Assembly (NCBI GenBank): GCA_032718475.1
Contig: JAUCBJ010002390.1
Coordinates: 1 to 58,815, forward strand
Reading direction: 5' to 3'
Origin: Nemertoderma westbladi
Taxonomy: Eukaryota; Animalia; Xenacoelomorpha
Length of the DNA: 58,815 nt
Shown: positions 44,362 through 57,840 of the stretch, piece after piece
How positions within the stretch are numbered: the first letter of the stretch is position 1
Layout: every line of letters begins with the position of its first letter
Program-made: the position numbers and the translations under genes
The notes under the pieces: model-generated
Seen by the model: the letters and a program-made list of their open reading frames with translations, nothing else
Told to the model about the DNA's origin: nothing
Database searches by the model: none

Positions 44362-47300
44362 TCTATTCCTACCCTATCGAGATGGAGGTGTATAATAGTC
44401 CTGTCCCGACCTCTCTATTCCTACCCTAACGGGATGGAGGTGTCTAATAGTCCTGCCGCGACCTCTCTATTCCTACCCTATCGAGATGGAGGTGTCTAAT
44501 AGTCCTGTCCCGACCTCTCTATTCCTACCCTAACGGGATGGAGGTGTATAATAGTCCTGTCCCGACCTCTCTATTCCTACCCTAACGGGATGGAGGTGTC
44601 TAATAGTCCTGTCCCGACCTCTCTATTCCTACCCTATCGAGATGGAGGTGTCTAATAGTCCTGTCCCGACCTCTCTATTCCTACCCTATCGAGATGGAGG
44701 TGTCTAATAGTCCTGCCCCGACCTCTCTATTCCTACCCTAACGGGATGGAGGTGTCTAATAGTCCTGTCCCGACCTCTCTATTCCTACCCTATCGAGATG
44801 GATGTGTATAATAGTCCTGTCCCGACCTCTCTATTCCTACCCTAACGGGATGGAGGTGTCTAATAGTCCTGTCCCGACCTCTCTATTCCTACCTATCGAG
44901 ATGGAGGTGTCTAATAGTCCTGTCCCGGCCTCTCTATTCCTACCCTATCGAGATGGAGGTGTCTAATAGTCCTGTCCCGACCTCTCTATTCCTACCCTAT
45001 CGAGATGGAGGTGTCTAATAGTCCTGTCCCGACCTCTCTATTCCTACCCTATCGAGATGGAGGTGTATAATAGTCCTGTCCCGACCTCTCTATTCCTACC
45101 CTATCGAGATGGAGGTGTCTAATAGTCGTGCCCCGACCTTTCTATTCCTACCATATCGAGATGGAGGTGTCTAATAGTCCTGTCCCGACCTCTATATTCC
45201 TACCCTATCGAGATGGAGGTGTCTAATAGTCCTGTCCCGACCTCTCTATTCCTACCCTAACGGGACGGAGGTGTCTAATAGTCCTGTCCCGACCTCTCTA
45301 TTCCTACCCTAACGGGATGGAGGTGTATAATAGTCCTGTCCCGACCTCTCTATTCCTACCCTATCGAGATGGAGGTGTCTAATAGTCCTGTCCCGACCTT
45401 TCTATTCCTACCCTAACGGGATGGAGGTGTCTAATAGTCCTGTCCCGACCTCTCTATTCCTACCCTAACGGGACGGGGGTGTCTAATAGTCCTGTCCTGA
45501 CCTCTCTATTCCTACCCTATCGAGATGGAGGTGTCTAATAGTCCTGTCCCGACCTCTCTATTCCTACCCTATCGAGATGGAGGTGTCTAATAGTCCTGTC
45601 CCGACCTCTATAATTCCTACCCTATCGAGATGGAGGTGTCTAATAGTCCTGTCCCGACCTCTCTATTCCTACCCTAACGGGATGGAGGTGTATAATAGTC
45701 CTGTCCCGACCTCTCTATTCCTACCCTATCGAGATGGAGGTGTCTAATAGTCCTGTCCCGACCTTTCTATTCCTACCCTAACGGGATGGAGGTGTCTAAT
45801 AGTCCTGTCCCGACCTCTCTATTCCTACCCTAACGGGACGGGGGTGTCTAATAGTCCTGTCCCGACCTCTCTATTCCTACCCTATCGAGATGGAGGTGTC
45901 TAATAGTCCTGTCCCGACCTCTCTATTCCTACCCTATCGAGATGGAGGTGTCTAATAGTCCTGTCCCGACCTCTATAATTCCTACCCTATCGAGATGGAG
46001 GTGTCTAATAGTCCTGTCCCGACCTCTCTATTCCTACCCTATCGAGATGGAGGTGTCTAATAGTCCTGTCCCGACCTCTCTATTCCTACCCTAACGGGAT
46101 GGAGGTGTATAATAGTCCTGTCCCGACCTCTCTATTCCTACCCTAACGGGATGGAGGTGTCTAATAGTCCTGTCCCGACCTCTCTATTCCTACCCTAACG
46201 GGATGGAGGTGTCTAATAGTCCTGTCCCGACCTCTCTATTCCTACCCTAACGGGATGGAGGTGTATAATAGTCATGTCCCGACCTCTCTATTCCTACCCT
46301 AACGGGATGGAGGTGTCTAATAGTCCAGTCCCGACCTCTCTATTCCTACACTATCGAGATGGAGGTGTCTAATAGTCCTGTCCCGACCTCTCTATTCCTA
46401 CCCATCGAGATGGAGGTGTCTAATAGTCCTGTCCCGACCTCTATAATTCCTACCCTATCGAGATGGAGGTGTCTAATAGTCCAGTCCCGACCTCTCTATT
46501 CCTACACTATCGAGATGGAGGTGTCTAATAGTCCTGTCCCGACCTCTCTATTCCTACCCATCGAGATGGAGGTGTCTAATAGTCCTGTCCCGACCTCTCT
46601 ATTCCTACCCTAACGGGATGGAGGTGTATAATAGTCCTGTCCCGACCTCTCTATTCCTACCCATCGAGATGGAGGTGTCTAATAGTCCTGTCCCGACCTC
46701 TCTATTCCTACCCATCGAGATGGAGGTGTCTAATAGTCCTGCCCCGACCTCTCTATTCCTACCCTAACGGGATGGAGGTGTATAATAGTCCAGTCCCGAC
46801 CTCTCTATTCCTACACTATCGAGATGGAGGTGTCTAATAGTCCTGTCCCGACCTCTCTATTCCTACCCATCGAGATGGAGGTGTCTAATAGTCCTGTCCC
46901 GACCTCTCTATTCCTACCCTATCGAGATGGAGGTGTCTAATAGTCCTGTCCCGACCTCTCTATTCCTACCCTAACGGGATGGAGGTGTCTAATAGTCCTG
47001 TCCCGACCTCTCTATTCCTACCCTATCGAGATGGAGGTGTCTAATAGTCCTGTCCCGACCTCTCTATTCCTACCCTAACGGGATGGAGGTGTCTAATAGT
47101 CCTGTCCCGACCTCTCTATTCCTACCCTATCGAGATGGAGGTGTCTAATAGTCCTGTCCCGACCTCTCTATTCCTACCCTAACGGGATGGAGGTGTATAA
47201 AAGTCCAGTCCCGACCTCTCTATTCCTACACTATCGAGATGGAGGTGTCTAATAGTCCTGTCCCGACCTCTCTATTCCTACCCATCGAGATGGAGGTGTC

Positions 47301-48537
47301 TAATAGTCCTGTCCCGACCTCTCTATTCCTACCCTATCGAGATGGAGGTGTCTAATAGTCCTGTCCCGACCTCTCTATTCCTACCCTAACGGGATGGAGG
47401 TGTATAATAGTCCAGTCCCGACCTCTCTATTCCTACACTATCGAGATGGAGGTGTCTAATAGTCCTGTCCCGACCTCTCTATTCCTACCCTAACGGGATG
47501 GAGGTGTATAATAGTCCAGTCCCGACCTCTCTATTCCTACACTATCGAGATGGAGGTGTCTAATAGTCCTGTCCCGACCTCTCTATTCCTACCCATCGAG
47601 ATGGAGGTGTCTAATAGTCCTGTCCCGACCTCTCTATTCCTACCCTATCGAGATGGAGGTGTCTAATAGTCCTGTCCCGACCTCTCTATTCCTACCCTAA
47701 CGGGATGGAGGTGTATAATAGTCCTGTCCCGACCTCTCTATTCCTACCCTAACGGGATGGAGGTGTCTAATAGTCCTGTCCCGACCTCTCTATTCCTACC
47801 CTAACGGGATGGAGGTGTCTAATAGTCCTGTCCCGACCTCTCTATTCCTACCCTAACGGGATGGAGGTGTCTAATAGTCCTGTCCCGACCTCTCTATTCC
47901 TACCCTATCGAGATGGAGGTGTCTAATAGTCCTGTCCCGACCTCTCTATTCCTACCCTAACGGGATGGAGGTGTATAATAGTCCTGTCCCGACCTCTCTA
48001 TTCCTACCCTAACGGGATGGAGGTGTCTAATAGTCCTGTCCCGACCTCTCTATTCCTACCCTATCGAGATGGAGGTGTCTAATAGTCCTGTCCCGACCTC
48101 TCTATTCCTACCCTAACGGGATGGAGGTGTCTAATAGTCCTGTCCCGACCTCTCTATTCCTACCCTAACGGGATGGAGGTGTATAATAGTCATGTCCCGA
48201 CCTCTCTATTCCTACCCTAACGGGATGGAGGTGTCTAATAGTCCAGTCCCGACCTCTCTATTCCTACACTATCGAGATGGAGGTGTCTAATAGTCCTGTC
48301 CCGACCTCTCTATTCCTACCCATCGAGATGGAGGTGTCTAATAGTCCTGCCCCGACCTCTCTATTCCTACCCTATCGAGATGGAGGTGTCTAATAGTCCT
48401 GCCCCAACCTCTCCATTCCTACCCTATCGAGATGGAGGTATATAATAGTCCTGCCCCGACCTCTCTATTCCTAGCCTAACGGGATGGAGGTGTCTAATAG
48501 TCCTGTCCCGTCCTCTCTATCCCTACCCTAACGGGTT
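44362..48537. repeat. 52-bp satellite, about 80 copies
   Basis: Unit TATTCCTACCCTA(TCGAG/ACGGG)ATGGAGGTGT(C/A)TAATAGTCCTGTCCCGACCTCTC. The period was checked at 44364 and 44416. Confidence 0.98.
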
Positions 48538-51500
48538 GGGGGTTAGAAAGATTAAATTTATTTATTTCACATTCTATGGCCCGGTGTCGACCGTATTATA
48601 CTATAGCTCACTCCATGTCTAGGTCGACAGTGCAGCAATATTGTGTAAATTAATAGTTAATTAAATGTTTAAAAACAGTCTAGTTTACAATATTCGTAAG
48701 CACTTTAACTGTAGTTACAGCAAGCACATAAGGTAAGACAGGGACGTATTGACAATTAGTATATGCTATTATTACAAAATTCATATTATTATTTATTAAA
48801 AATTTTATATATGGAAGTACAAAATTAATTTGAATCGTCTACTGAATGTGTTTGCATAAACATTCAATTCACATACATTATCCTAGGATATGAGTTGGCT
48901 GTAAGACAGCCTACAGCGATGTATAACAGTTCTCTGCTTTGGGCGAAAATTACTAAATTTATTCCCATCATTAAATTTATTCCTCAAAATTTGAACTTAT
49001 ATTGTGTTTAATGTTTAAAGAACTCTCCATGATTTTAGTCATGGTTAATATATTAATGTTAACCGACACGAGTTATACTGTAAATCCTAGAGTATGGGGT
49101 CTTACGTACGTACATGTAATGATGAGGACTTCTATGTATATGCCGACACTGTATATACTGTATTTAGAACATCAATTAATGAATATAAGAAAAAACTATA
49201 GTAAAACATCCATTAAATTGGGCGAAAGGGAGTACTTGTTTTCTCTAGGGAAAAAAAGAACACCATCGGATTGGATTGATTTTATTTTTTTCCCGTCGAA
49301 AAAAGTAAAATAAATATTTTTGGTGGAATTTCTTAAATTACATGTTTTGAAAGAGCATCGACGTAGAAAAGGTTTGCAAGTAATTGAGCAAAATGCATTC
49401 GCACACTCAATAGTTATAGCAACTTTAGTGTCTGCGTGGCGAACTCTAAAACGGAACTCAATATCCAATATTGGTATATTTTGTTACGCGCCTCTTTAGT
49501 TACGTAATAAATATTCGAGAACACTAATAAATTATTTAACATTGAGTAAGGCAACATCAGAAGTTGAAAAGTACAGTAATTGAAATCGCAGTAGTTATGG
49601 AAGCAATATAGTAAAATGTTATAGTTCAATTTATTTTTTTAACACTAATTCACTTTTATTATAAAATTGAACAAAAAAAAGTACCAATTTAAGAATAAAA
49701 TTACGTATTACATGGAAAAAAAACGTACAACGTTTCATCTCTTGGCCCTTTATTAATCACGCTCGGGCTCGGTAAATAAAATGTCTCGAGAATAGTGAAA
49801 AATGTTCTACTTTTTTCCCATGTATATAATAATTATTTAAAAAAATTGAATTTATTCTAATTTATTCAATAAATACTGTTGGTTTATTCTACAAAAATAT
49901 TAGCCAAATTTTGTAAAAAATAATTTTGTTCCAAACCCCATTAAACTATATTTTTCTGAAAGCTGGTGACGAGTAGATTACAGCTACGATAGTGGCAAGA
50001 ACCTCCCATACAATATTACAAGATGTTATAGCCCACTAAAGGCATGTCCCACGTGTTACTACTGTAATTGTTCCACGTTGATGGGGAACAGGCGGGACAA
50101 GTTCCACCTGTTACCACGTTTTGATGGGGAACAGAGCCAGTGTCACATTAAATAGCAATAAAAAAACCTTAGTAATATTATTATTTCGAATATGTTGCCT
50201 GATTGGCTCAAACTGTTACAGTTAATCTATACTTCAAAGTTCAATTTTGTAGCAGGAGGGACACGTTCGTGGGGCCTTCGCGCAGCACGAAAGCCTATAT
50301 TAGAAAAAGAAAGTACATTATACTAATCTCTATTAGATATACGAAAACCGTCTTTCCTAAAATGTATATGAGTGAAGGCGATGCTATCAGTTTGTGATAA
50401 ACTATTTGTAAAAACAGAGAGATCCCTTTCAGTTTGCCCTTACACACTTAACTGTCATTTGTAATCCATGTATCCATTCTAGTCCATTGTATGCCTTCTA
50501 ACTAGGGCTATTTATGTTGTTAAGTATAAATATGGCTTTTTTAGTTTTACAATACTCTTCTCCTTCATTAGCCTCGTTTCGCTCGTCCTGTTTTGTCTTA
50601 AAATAATTTTCCTAAACGGAGACTAACAACCTTTATAACTATGCAAAGTGTCGAAACTGTGAGAGTAACTGCTGATTTATGGCAGATTGACACTCGTATC
50701 CACTGTAAACTCGTTGCGTTCGTTCGTTTTGGACAAACTTCAGATTCTTTCTAAACTTTTGACGGACTACATACGTACTACGTTTCGATTAATTTCATCA
50801 AGGAATAACCGCGTTATTAGCGATCAAAAATTTACGACGACGACGACAGACAACACGCTAATGGCACCCATATATGCTACGGCTTCGCTCACTTCGTGGC
50901 TCGCCCCACATTTTAGGTACTGTATCTCGAGTACTTTTTTATTTAGAAGCTTATTCACGTGGCTTTCAAGAATATATATTTTTTCTGTGTTTCTTATGGA
51001 ATATATCACTATGGGCATGTCGATAGAAATGGTAGCCGCCATTGTGGTCGACAAATGACTGCTACTTTATCATTCTTAATCGCATTTTAGCGTTTTTTTT
51101 TTTAAATTTAGGTTAATTTTGGTTATTCTTTTCTCTGAATTAAAATTCACTGTCCCCAGCTCCCCAAAGAGAGATTTGAACAAATAATGCCAAAGTTGTA
51201 AACTGTTGTACATTTCTAACCCATTTGGTTATTTTTTTGTAGAATAAACCAGAAGTCATTGGTATCATTGGTAATAAAAAAAAATTTATGTAGGCCTACT
51301 TTTAAGTTTAAAATTAATGTTTGTTAGTAGGTTTGTTAATACCAAGACGTTCTAGCACAATTTTTTTAACAACTATAGGTTTATATTGTTGGGTCTACAT
51401 TATGCCAACTTATCAGCGCTCTCGTGACATTCATGGTAGATTATCATACCGTAGGCCTACAGTTGTTTTAGTAACTGCAATTACTAGCATACAATGGATT

Positions 51501-53392
51501 TAATTTCATCAATAATAGTCCAAAACATTACAATATTAAAAAGTGATTAACCAACCTTCAATACATCGATTAAGTTATCATAGTGTAACAAAATTACCTA
51601 ATTGTGTGAAAAAGTCACTATTCAGCTTTAAATTTTCGTAACTTGGATGGTACCATGACCTACTATAACAGTAGGTCATGTATAGTAGGTCATGATGGTA
51701 CTGATACACTTCGTAAACATTGGTCATTCATTACGCTGAAATGTGTTACCTTTCACATAATGTTGTAAATAGTAGTTTAGAACGCCTTGTGGCTACTACC
51801 CATACAGTAATAGGTGAGTCAATCTAGCATAAAGCCCAAAAGTAATTCGCAATCCACATATTTGGGATTCTATATTTCCTTGTTAATAACCAAAAAAAGT
51901 ATATAAAAATTATTTTGTTGAACATTATTCATTTAAATTCTACAAAAATTTCCATAACACAAGCCAAACAAAAGGAACAGTAGGGAAGAGTAAATGGCAA
52001 ATTAGTAATATTCCAGAATAATTTAATTAATTGCAAAATATGCTGTAATCCCCAAAGCAGAATAAATAAAATTTACGCTAGCCATCCCTAAAATTGGGTG
52101 AAAATTATTTTTTGTGCAACTAAACATCGTCTGGGATGTTTAAGAATAGTGAAACCAAATATTTTCAAATTTTTTTTAATGGCTCTGTAATGGTCAAATG
52201 TGCCTTTTTGTGCCAAAGGCTATTTCTTCACCAATTTGTTGAAATTTGGAAAATAAGTTCAGAAGAACCCTGCATCCAATTCTTCTGAACAAATTTAGCC
52301 TCAAATTCTCTGGAACAAAAGCATATGAGGCAAAATTTGTTGAGAAGCTTTATTGACATAGGTATTCTAAACAAGTGCACCAAATTTTAACTCATTTCTG
52401 TTAAAATTAGCGGAGAAATAGCCCTTTACATGAAAAAATGTCAATCTGAGATATGGGTGTTTAAAGTTTAATTAAGGAACTTTTCAAACCTTCCCGCTAT
52501 TTTAGATAATACCAATTTTATTTGTTCAACAATAACTTTGTCTAATTTTTTATCCTTGCTAAAAATATAACTAATAACGTATTCATACCGTGAGAGTCGT
52601 TTTTTTTTTAAAAGGGCATTATTCAATTGTAAAATATCGTGCTGCTCGACGGCTTGTCAAAAATTCGTCTAGCTCTTACGTTTTAGCTATTAACTTGAAT
52701 TTTAAAAAAGATACGAGAAAGCTAATGGCAGATTTGAAATCTCCATTAAATCATTCAGCACATGATAGGATTACAATTGTTCTTTTGACAGTTTCCAAAA
52801 AAGGGGGGTGCTTCTCAACATCTGAGAAATCCGTTGGGCGAGTTTACATGCACCAGTTTTGTAGATAAATTGTGTAAATAAGCTACTTATACTGGACCAG
52901 CAAAATTGGTATTAAAAATGGTTAAATGATTAGACAAGTTTCGTTGTTCTAGAAACCAAATGGTAACTACTGGAAGTGTATGGTTCAGTCAATGGATTTT
53001 CATTGGACTAAAGTTTGCGCCTGTACTAAATTTGGGGAAACCCCACCAATAGACTCTTTGTTGCTATGTAAAATCCCTATTGCTAAGGATAGAAGCATGG
53101 TATTGAATGTGATCCGCATCATTAATTTTTATAGACTTTTGGTGATATTAGCAAGATAAGAGGATTAAAAAAATTTGGTTCGGATGAATTGCGATTTAGC
53201 TTGTGGTTCCCCCCTCTTTTTTAGCTAGATTGACTGCGATTATAAGTAATACCGCAGAAAAAAACGCAATATAGTAGCACACAATTCCGGTACTACTTAC
53301 TATGGCAGCCGTACACACCCTACAAGATCTTAAAACAAACAATGTTCGAGACCTACTGTATCCTTCTCCGTTTTAATTATCGTCAACCCCCC

Positions 53393-55042
53393 CTAAAACA
53401 ACTTCTGTGCCAGACGTCTCTCCAATAATAGATCATTACGATCCATTATAATCTGCGGGCACAGTTTTGAAATGACCCTGGTGATATAGTTGTCTAGCAC
53501 GATTGAAGGTGACATTGCGGTAATTTTAGTGCGACAAATAGGACATGTATTGTTATGTCTGATGTTTATCCAATTGTATATACAAAAGGTGCAAAATGTG
53601 TGGGAACAGTTCAGTGTTGTTGATTTCATGAAGACTTCTAAACATATCTGGCATGTGAGCTCGTCTTTTAGATCATCGAATAACTCAGCATTGTTATTGT
53701 GTTCCTGCTCTATTCTTTCCATCTCATTTAAATGTATAACTTCATGTAGTATCTGCTGATGATCTATTAGACGTAATTCGGTCTGCTGCCGAGCTACGAT
53801 TTCCTTTCGTAGTTCCCTGGCTTCCGCTTGAGAGACTTCCCGCTGAGCTACGATTTCCTTTCGAAGTTTCCTGCTTTCTGCTTGAGAGATTTCCTGCTGA
53901 GTTGCCATTTCCTTTCGCAGTACCACAGCTTCTTTGACAGAGCGCTCCATTTCCCAGATCACATCCCTGCATTTTATTAGATAAAACCCTTTCCAAGATA
54001 TAATTTCCTTTCGTAGTTTCCTGGTTTCCGCTTGATAGATTTCCATTTTCTTTCTAAGTTTCCTGGTTTCCGCTTGATAGATTTCCATTTTCTTTCGAAG
54101 TTTCCTGGTTTCCGCTTGATAGATTTCCATTTTCTTTCGAAGTTTCCTGGTTTCCGCTTGAGAGATTTCCCGCTGAGTTGCCATTTCCTTTCGGAGTTTC
54201 CTGGTTTCTACTTGATAGATTTCCATTTTCTTTCGAAGTTTCCTGGTTTCCACTTGAGAGATTTCCTGCTGAGCTACGATTTCCTTTCGCAGTTTCCTGG
54301 TTTCCGCTTGATAGATTTCCATTTTCTTTCGAAGTTTCCTGGTTTCCGCTTGAGAGATTTCCTGCTGAGTTGCCATTTCCTTTCGAAGTTTCCTGGTTTC
54401 CGCTTGAGAGATTTCCTGCTGAGCTACGATTTCCTTTCGCAGTTTCCTGGTTTCCGCTTGATAGATTTCCATTTTCTTTCGAAGTTTCCTGGTTTCCGCT
54501 TGAGAGATTTCCTGCTGAGCTACGATTTCCTTTCGCAGTTTCCTGCTTTCCGCTTGAAAGATTTCCTGCTGAGTTGCCATTTCCTTTCGCAGTACCACAG
54601 CTTCTTTGACAGAGCGTTCCATTTCCCAGATCACATCCCTGCATTTTATTCGATAAAACCCTTTCCAAGATATAATTTCTTTTCGTAGTTTCCTGGTTTC
54701 CGCTTGAGAGATTTCCTGCTGAGCTGCCATTTCCTTTCGCAGTTCCATAGCTTCTTTCATAGCGAGTTCTTTCATATTCCTTTCCTGTAACACTTCTCTG
54801 CCTTTTATTTCGTGAAATTCTTTCCAAAATACAATTTCTTGTTGTATTTTCCTAGATTCCGCTAGGGAGATTTTCCATTGAGCTGCCATTTCCGTTCGCA
54901 GTTCCATAGCTTCCTTCACCGCGAGTTCCTTCATATTCCTTTCCTGTAACACTTTCCTGCATTTAATTCCGTGAAATTGTTTCCAAGATACAATTTCCTG
55001 TCCCAGTTTCCTAGTTTCTGTTAGAGCGAGTTTATTCTCCAA
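53393..55042 (-). CDS. RNF8-like C3HC4 RING E3 ligase with a repeat-expanded coiled coil; 5' end uncertain
   Basis: ELTCQICLEVFMKSTTLNCSHTFCTFCIYNW...CPICR...SIVLDNYI resembles the RNF8 C-terminus. No FHA domain in this ORF. The track start is TTG and the first ATG is at 54931; it may be a last exon. Confidence 0.8.
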   Translation of the reverse strand: MENKLALTETRKLGQEIVSWKQFHGIKCRKVLQERNMKELAVKEAMELRTEMAAQWKISLAESRKIQQEIVFWKEFHEIKGREVLQERNMKELAMKEAMELRKEMAAQQEISQAETRKLRKEIISWKGFYRIKCRDVIWEMERSVKEAVVLRKEMATQQEIFQAESRKLRKEIVAQQEISQAETRKLRKKMEIYQAETRKLRKEIVAQQEISQAETRKLRKEMATQQEISQAETRKLRKKMEIYQAETRKLRKEIVAQQEISQVETRKLRKKMEIYQVETRKLRKEMATQREISQAETRKLRKKMEIYQAETRKLRKKMEIYQAETRKLRKKMEIYQAETRKLRKEIISWKGFYLIKCRDVIWEMERSVKEAVVLRKEMATQQEISQAESRKLRKEIVAQREVSQAEARELRKEIVARQQTELRLIDHQQILHEVIHLNEMERIEQEHNNNAELFDDLKDELTCQICLEVFMKSTTLNCSHTFCTFCIYNWINIRHNNTCPICRTKITAMSPSIVLDNYITRVISKLCPQIIMDRNDLLLERRLAQKLF

Positions 55043-55339
55043 TCTCTACTTCAATTTCCGCCCGTATCCGGTAGCAAAATGATATTATAGACCTATATGT
55101 TAGCGGCTTTCTGTGGAATTAGGCTTTCTGCAGAAAACCTTGGCTTTTTGTAAAATTATCGGCAGATGATGTGTAAAGTAATTATACGAAACGTTCCAGA
55201 TTTTATATAAAATTAACATGTTTTTCCAAATCGCATTAACTCTAATTTGCTTCAAACTAAGATATCCTCCTGGGATTACAATTACGTCTATTTTTGTGAA
55301 GCTGAAGACCCAAAAAGCAAAATTTTTTACAGTTAACTT

Positions 55340-56036
55340 TGAAAGTCCTCAGCAAGTCTCTGATCGGATGAGCATAAGCTCAAAAGATGGTATGCTTGAG
55401 CATGTGGATGACTTCTGTTACCTGGGATCATGGAACCGGAAGTCAGGTGAGGACCTTCGAATACGTAAGGGAAAGGCATGGGCAGCCTTGAATAGGCTTT
55501 CCAGGATTTGGAAGTCACCGAGAATTAATCGGAAACTTAAGGTCCGGTTATTTAGAGCAGCAGTAGTTCCAGTACTCCTCTATGGGAGTCCATGCTGGGC
55601 TCTAACTGCTGAGGACACCAAATCTCTGGACGGCACATTCACAAGAATGCTACGCCGGGTTCATTGTGGCAAGTTCAATGCACACATCTCCAACCAGACA
55701 CTATATAACATTGGAGGTGTCTCATTGGTTCCCCCAAGCTTGACACTAGAACAAAATCGCCAATGCTTTGCAGGACATTGCTTTCGCCGTGAGGACCAGT
55801 GCATAATCATGTACTTTGGCAGCCTCATGGAGTGAATAAGCATGGTGGACAGCCCATGACTTTCTTGAGAAGCATCTTAAAGGACACTGGCCTTGAAGAT
55901 GCGGATGATCTAGCAAATGTCATGGGCGATAGGGAGCTGTGGCGGTGCAATTTTGTCGATAAGCCGGCACAGCATTCTTAAAAATGCAGCTGCAATGCAG
56001 CATGCCGATCCTAGTAGTAGTAGTAGTAGTAGTAGT
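55340..56036 (+). mobile_element. 5'-truncated RTE-clade LINE with (TAG)n tail
   Basis: LEHVDDFCYLGS...RKGKAWAALNRLSRIWKS...KVRLFRAAVVPVLLYGS..W...LDGTFTRMLR...FAGHCFR; trinucleotide tail at 56012-56036. Confidence 0.85.
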
Positions 56037-56299
56037 CACCATTGTGGAAAGGTTGCCCACTTCGACTGGATGTGCATCTTTTAAAATGAATTGAATGACA
56101 CTGATGCCAACCGACACTAGGGTCCGAGCCACGGATGCCACCGTCGGTGCCAACCCACCACTGAACTCAATCAATGCACTGACAGGGATGACAGTGGCCA
56201 CCAATCCGCCAATTCCTCACAGATCTGGATGATCATCCATGAGGAACTACCCCCAGACATTCCAATAGTATCGGCACCAGAGTGGCTAGAATCCCTGGA

Positions 56300-57840
56300 T
56301 ACGGTCTCAATTGGACTCCAATACACTAAATTCCCGCAACACAGCCTACCCAACATCCAATTCCTCCCAGATACATGAGCGAATATTACCGCCATTCCGA
56401 TGGCAACCTTCGAGTCGCTTGGTGGCCAACCGCACAACCTGGCGATCTCCAATCCGCCCCCAAAACCACCTCAATTGGCCAATGGTATGCGGAGTTACTT
56501 GGCTGGTTGTTCAAAGGAACATTGGGGGCTACTCTGACTTTAAGGGTTCTGGTATAGTTTGCCATACCACAGTGTAGGTTATGGATGGCCTCCACCAGCC
56601 CATCCTCTCCCGTGCAAGCTGCATTCAACAGAGAATTGCATGATCAGCTGGGATGGATATCATAGAAGAAGGCCACAATGAAAACGACCTGCCAGATACT
56701 TATCAGTGTTTGATGGCTTGGAAGGCTTTCATCAGATTGGTCTTGACAAAGCCAGCCGTCGATTAACAACATTCGTTGCTGCCGCACATGGTCGTATGCG
56801 CTATATACATATGCCGTTGGGATGGCATGGTGCATCAGAGATGTATTTAATGCGAGGATGAACACCGCCATTAAAGGTATCCAAAATGTCAGACGAATTG
56901 TATAAGACATAATAGTCTACACAGACACTACCAAAGAACACCTAGCCTTAGTAACAAAGGTTTTGGAAAGTCTGGATAATGGCAATATATCATTAAACCC
57001 CAAGAAAACTCAATTTTGCTTAACGGAAGTGAAATTTGGTGGGTTTCTGGTCTCCTGTGGCTACCAAAGAATCGACCCCAGTCTAACTGAAGACCATCGT
57101 GATTTCCAACCCCAACAAACTGTACACAACTCCGATCATTCATGGGCTAGCAAACCATCTCAGTAACTCTACACCAGAAATCACAGAGCTCCTACAGTAG
57201 AACCATTATACAGCCTTAACACTGACCGCTGTCATTGGACACGTCTCAGCCTTCACCAACAGGCCTTCGAAGCAGTGTGCTTAACCCTATTAACCCCCAA
57301 ATACCTCTCTGGATTCCATCCAGCCCTCACAACGCAACTTCTCACTGAGGCATCTCAATTACATGGCCTCGGTTTATTACTCTGCCAACTGACCCACCAC
57401 AAAACTGCTGGATCATGGTCCAGTGTGGATCCCGAACACTACCCCCCCCCCCCCCCCCCCCCCCCCCCACGAGTCGAACTGGTCTGGAATGGCGAAACTT
57501 GAGGCATTGGGGGCAGCATGGGCTGCAGAGAAGTGCACGTACTTCCTCGATGGATTACACCACTTTGAGCTCCTTACCGACTGTAGCCAACTCATACCAA
57601 TCCTTAATGAATGGAGGCTTGACCAGATACACAAAAATAGACTGCTCAAGCTCAAGACATACATGACCCGGTTTAATTTCACAGCAACCCATCAGAAAGG
57701 TACAAAACACATTGCTGACGCATTTTCGCGTTCCCCACAGCACAACCCAATACCGGGCGACTTCCTGCTCACTCCAGCTGATGAGATTGACCGAGACTAC
57801 ATCGCAAGCATGGCGACAGCCCTCCCTACCCTGGTTGATA
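56300..57840 (+). pseudogene. Degenerate Ty3/gypsy pol fragment (RT and RNase H)
   Basis: GRMRYIHMPLG; VFNARMN...DIIVY...EHL; LNPKKTQFCLTEVKFGG; TEASQLHGLG; EALGAAWA...TDCSQL...ADAFSR. Many stops and frameshifts, and no LTRs seen. Confidence 0.85.

Noticed and set aside
44362-48537. CRISPR array, hammerhead satellite or coding repeat (ORF 46359-46613)
   Set aside because: No unique spacers, no CTGATGA/GAAA core, and the 52-bp unit is not a multiple of 3 and contains stops.
49700-49830. Imperfect inverted repeat TACATGG(G/A)AAAAAA...TTTTTTCCCATGTA
   Set aside because: Probably a decayed transposon end, but boundaries and TSD cannot be defined.
50687-51058. 123-aa ORF
   Set aside because: Non-ATG start, no recognisable motif and no splice support.
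51651-51700. Small hairpin CATGACCTACTATA/TATAGTAGGTCATG
   Set aside because: An isolated local inverted duplication with no second copy to test for conservation.
54032-54827. Overlapping ORFs of 218, 257 and 143 aa
   Set aside because: Shadow frames of the in-frame 42/54-bp repeats of the RING ORF.
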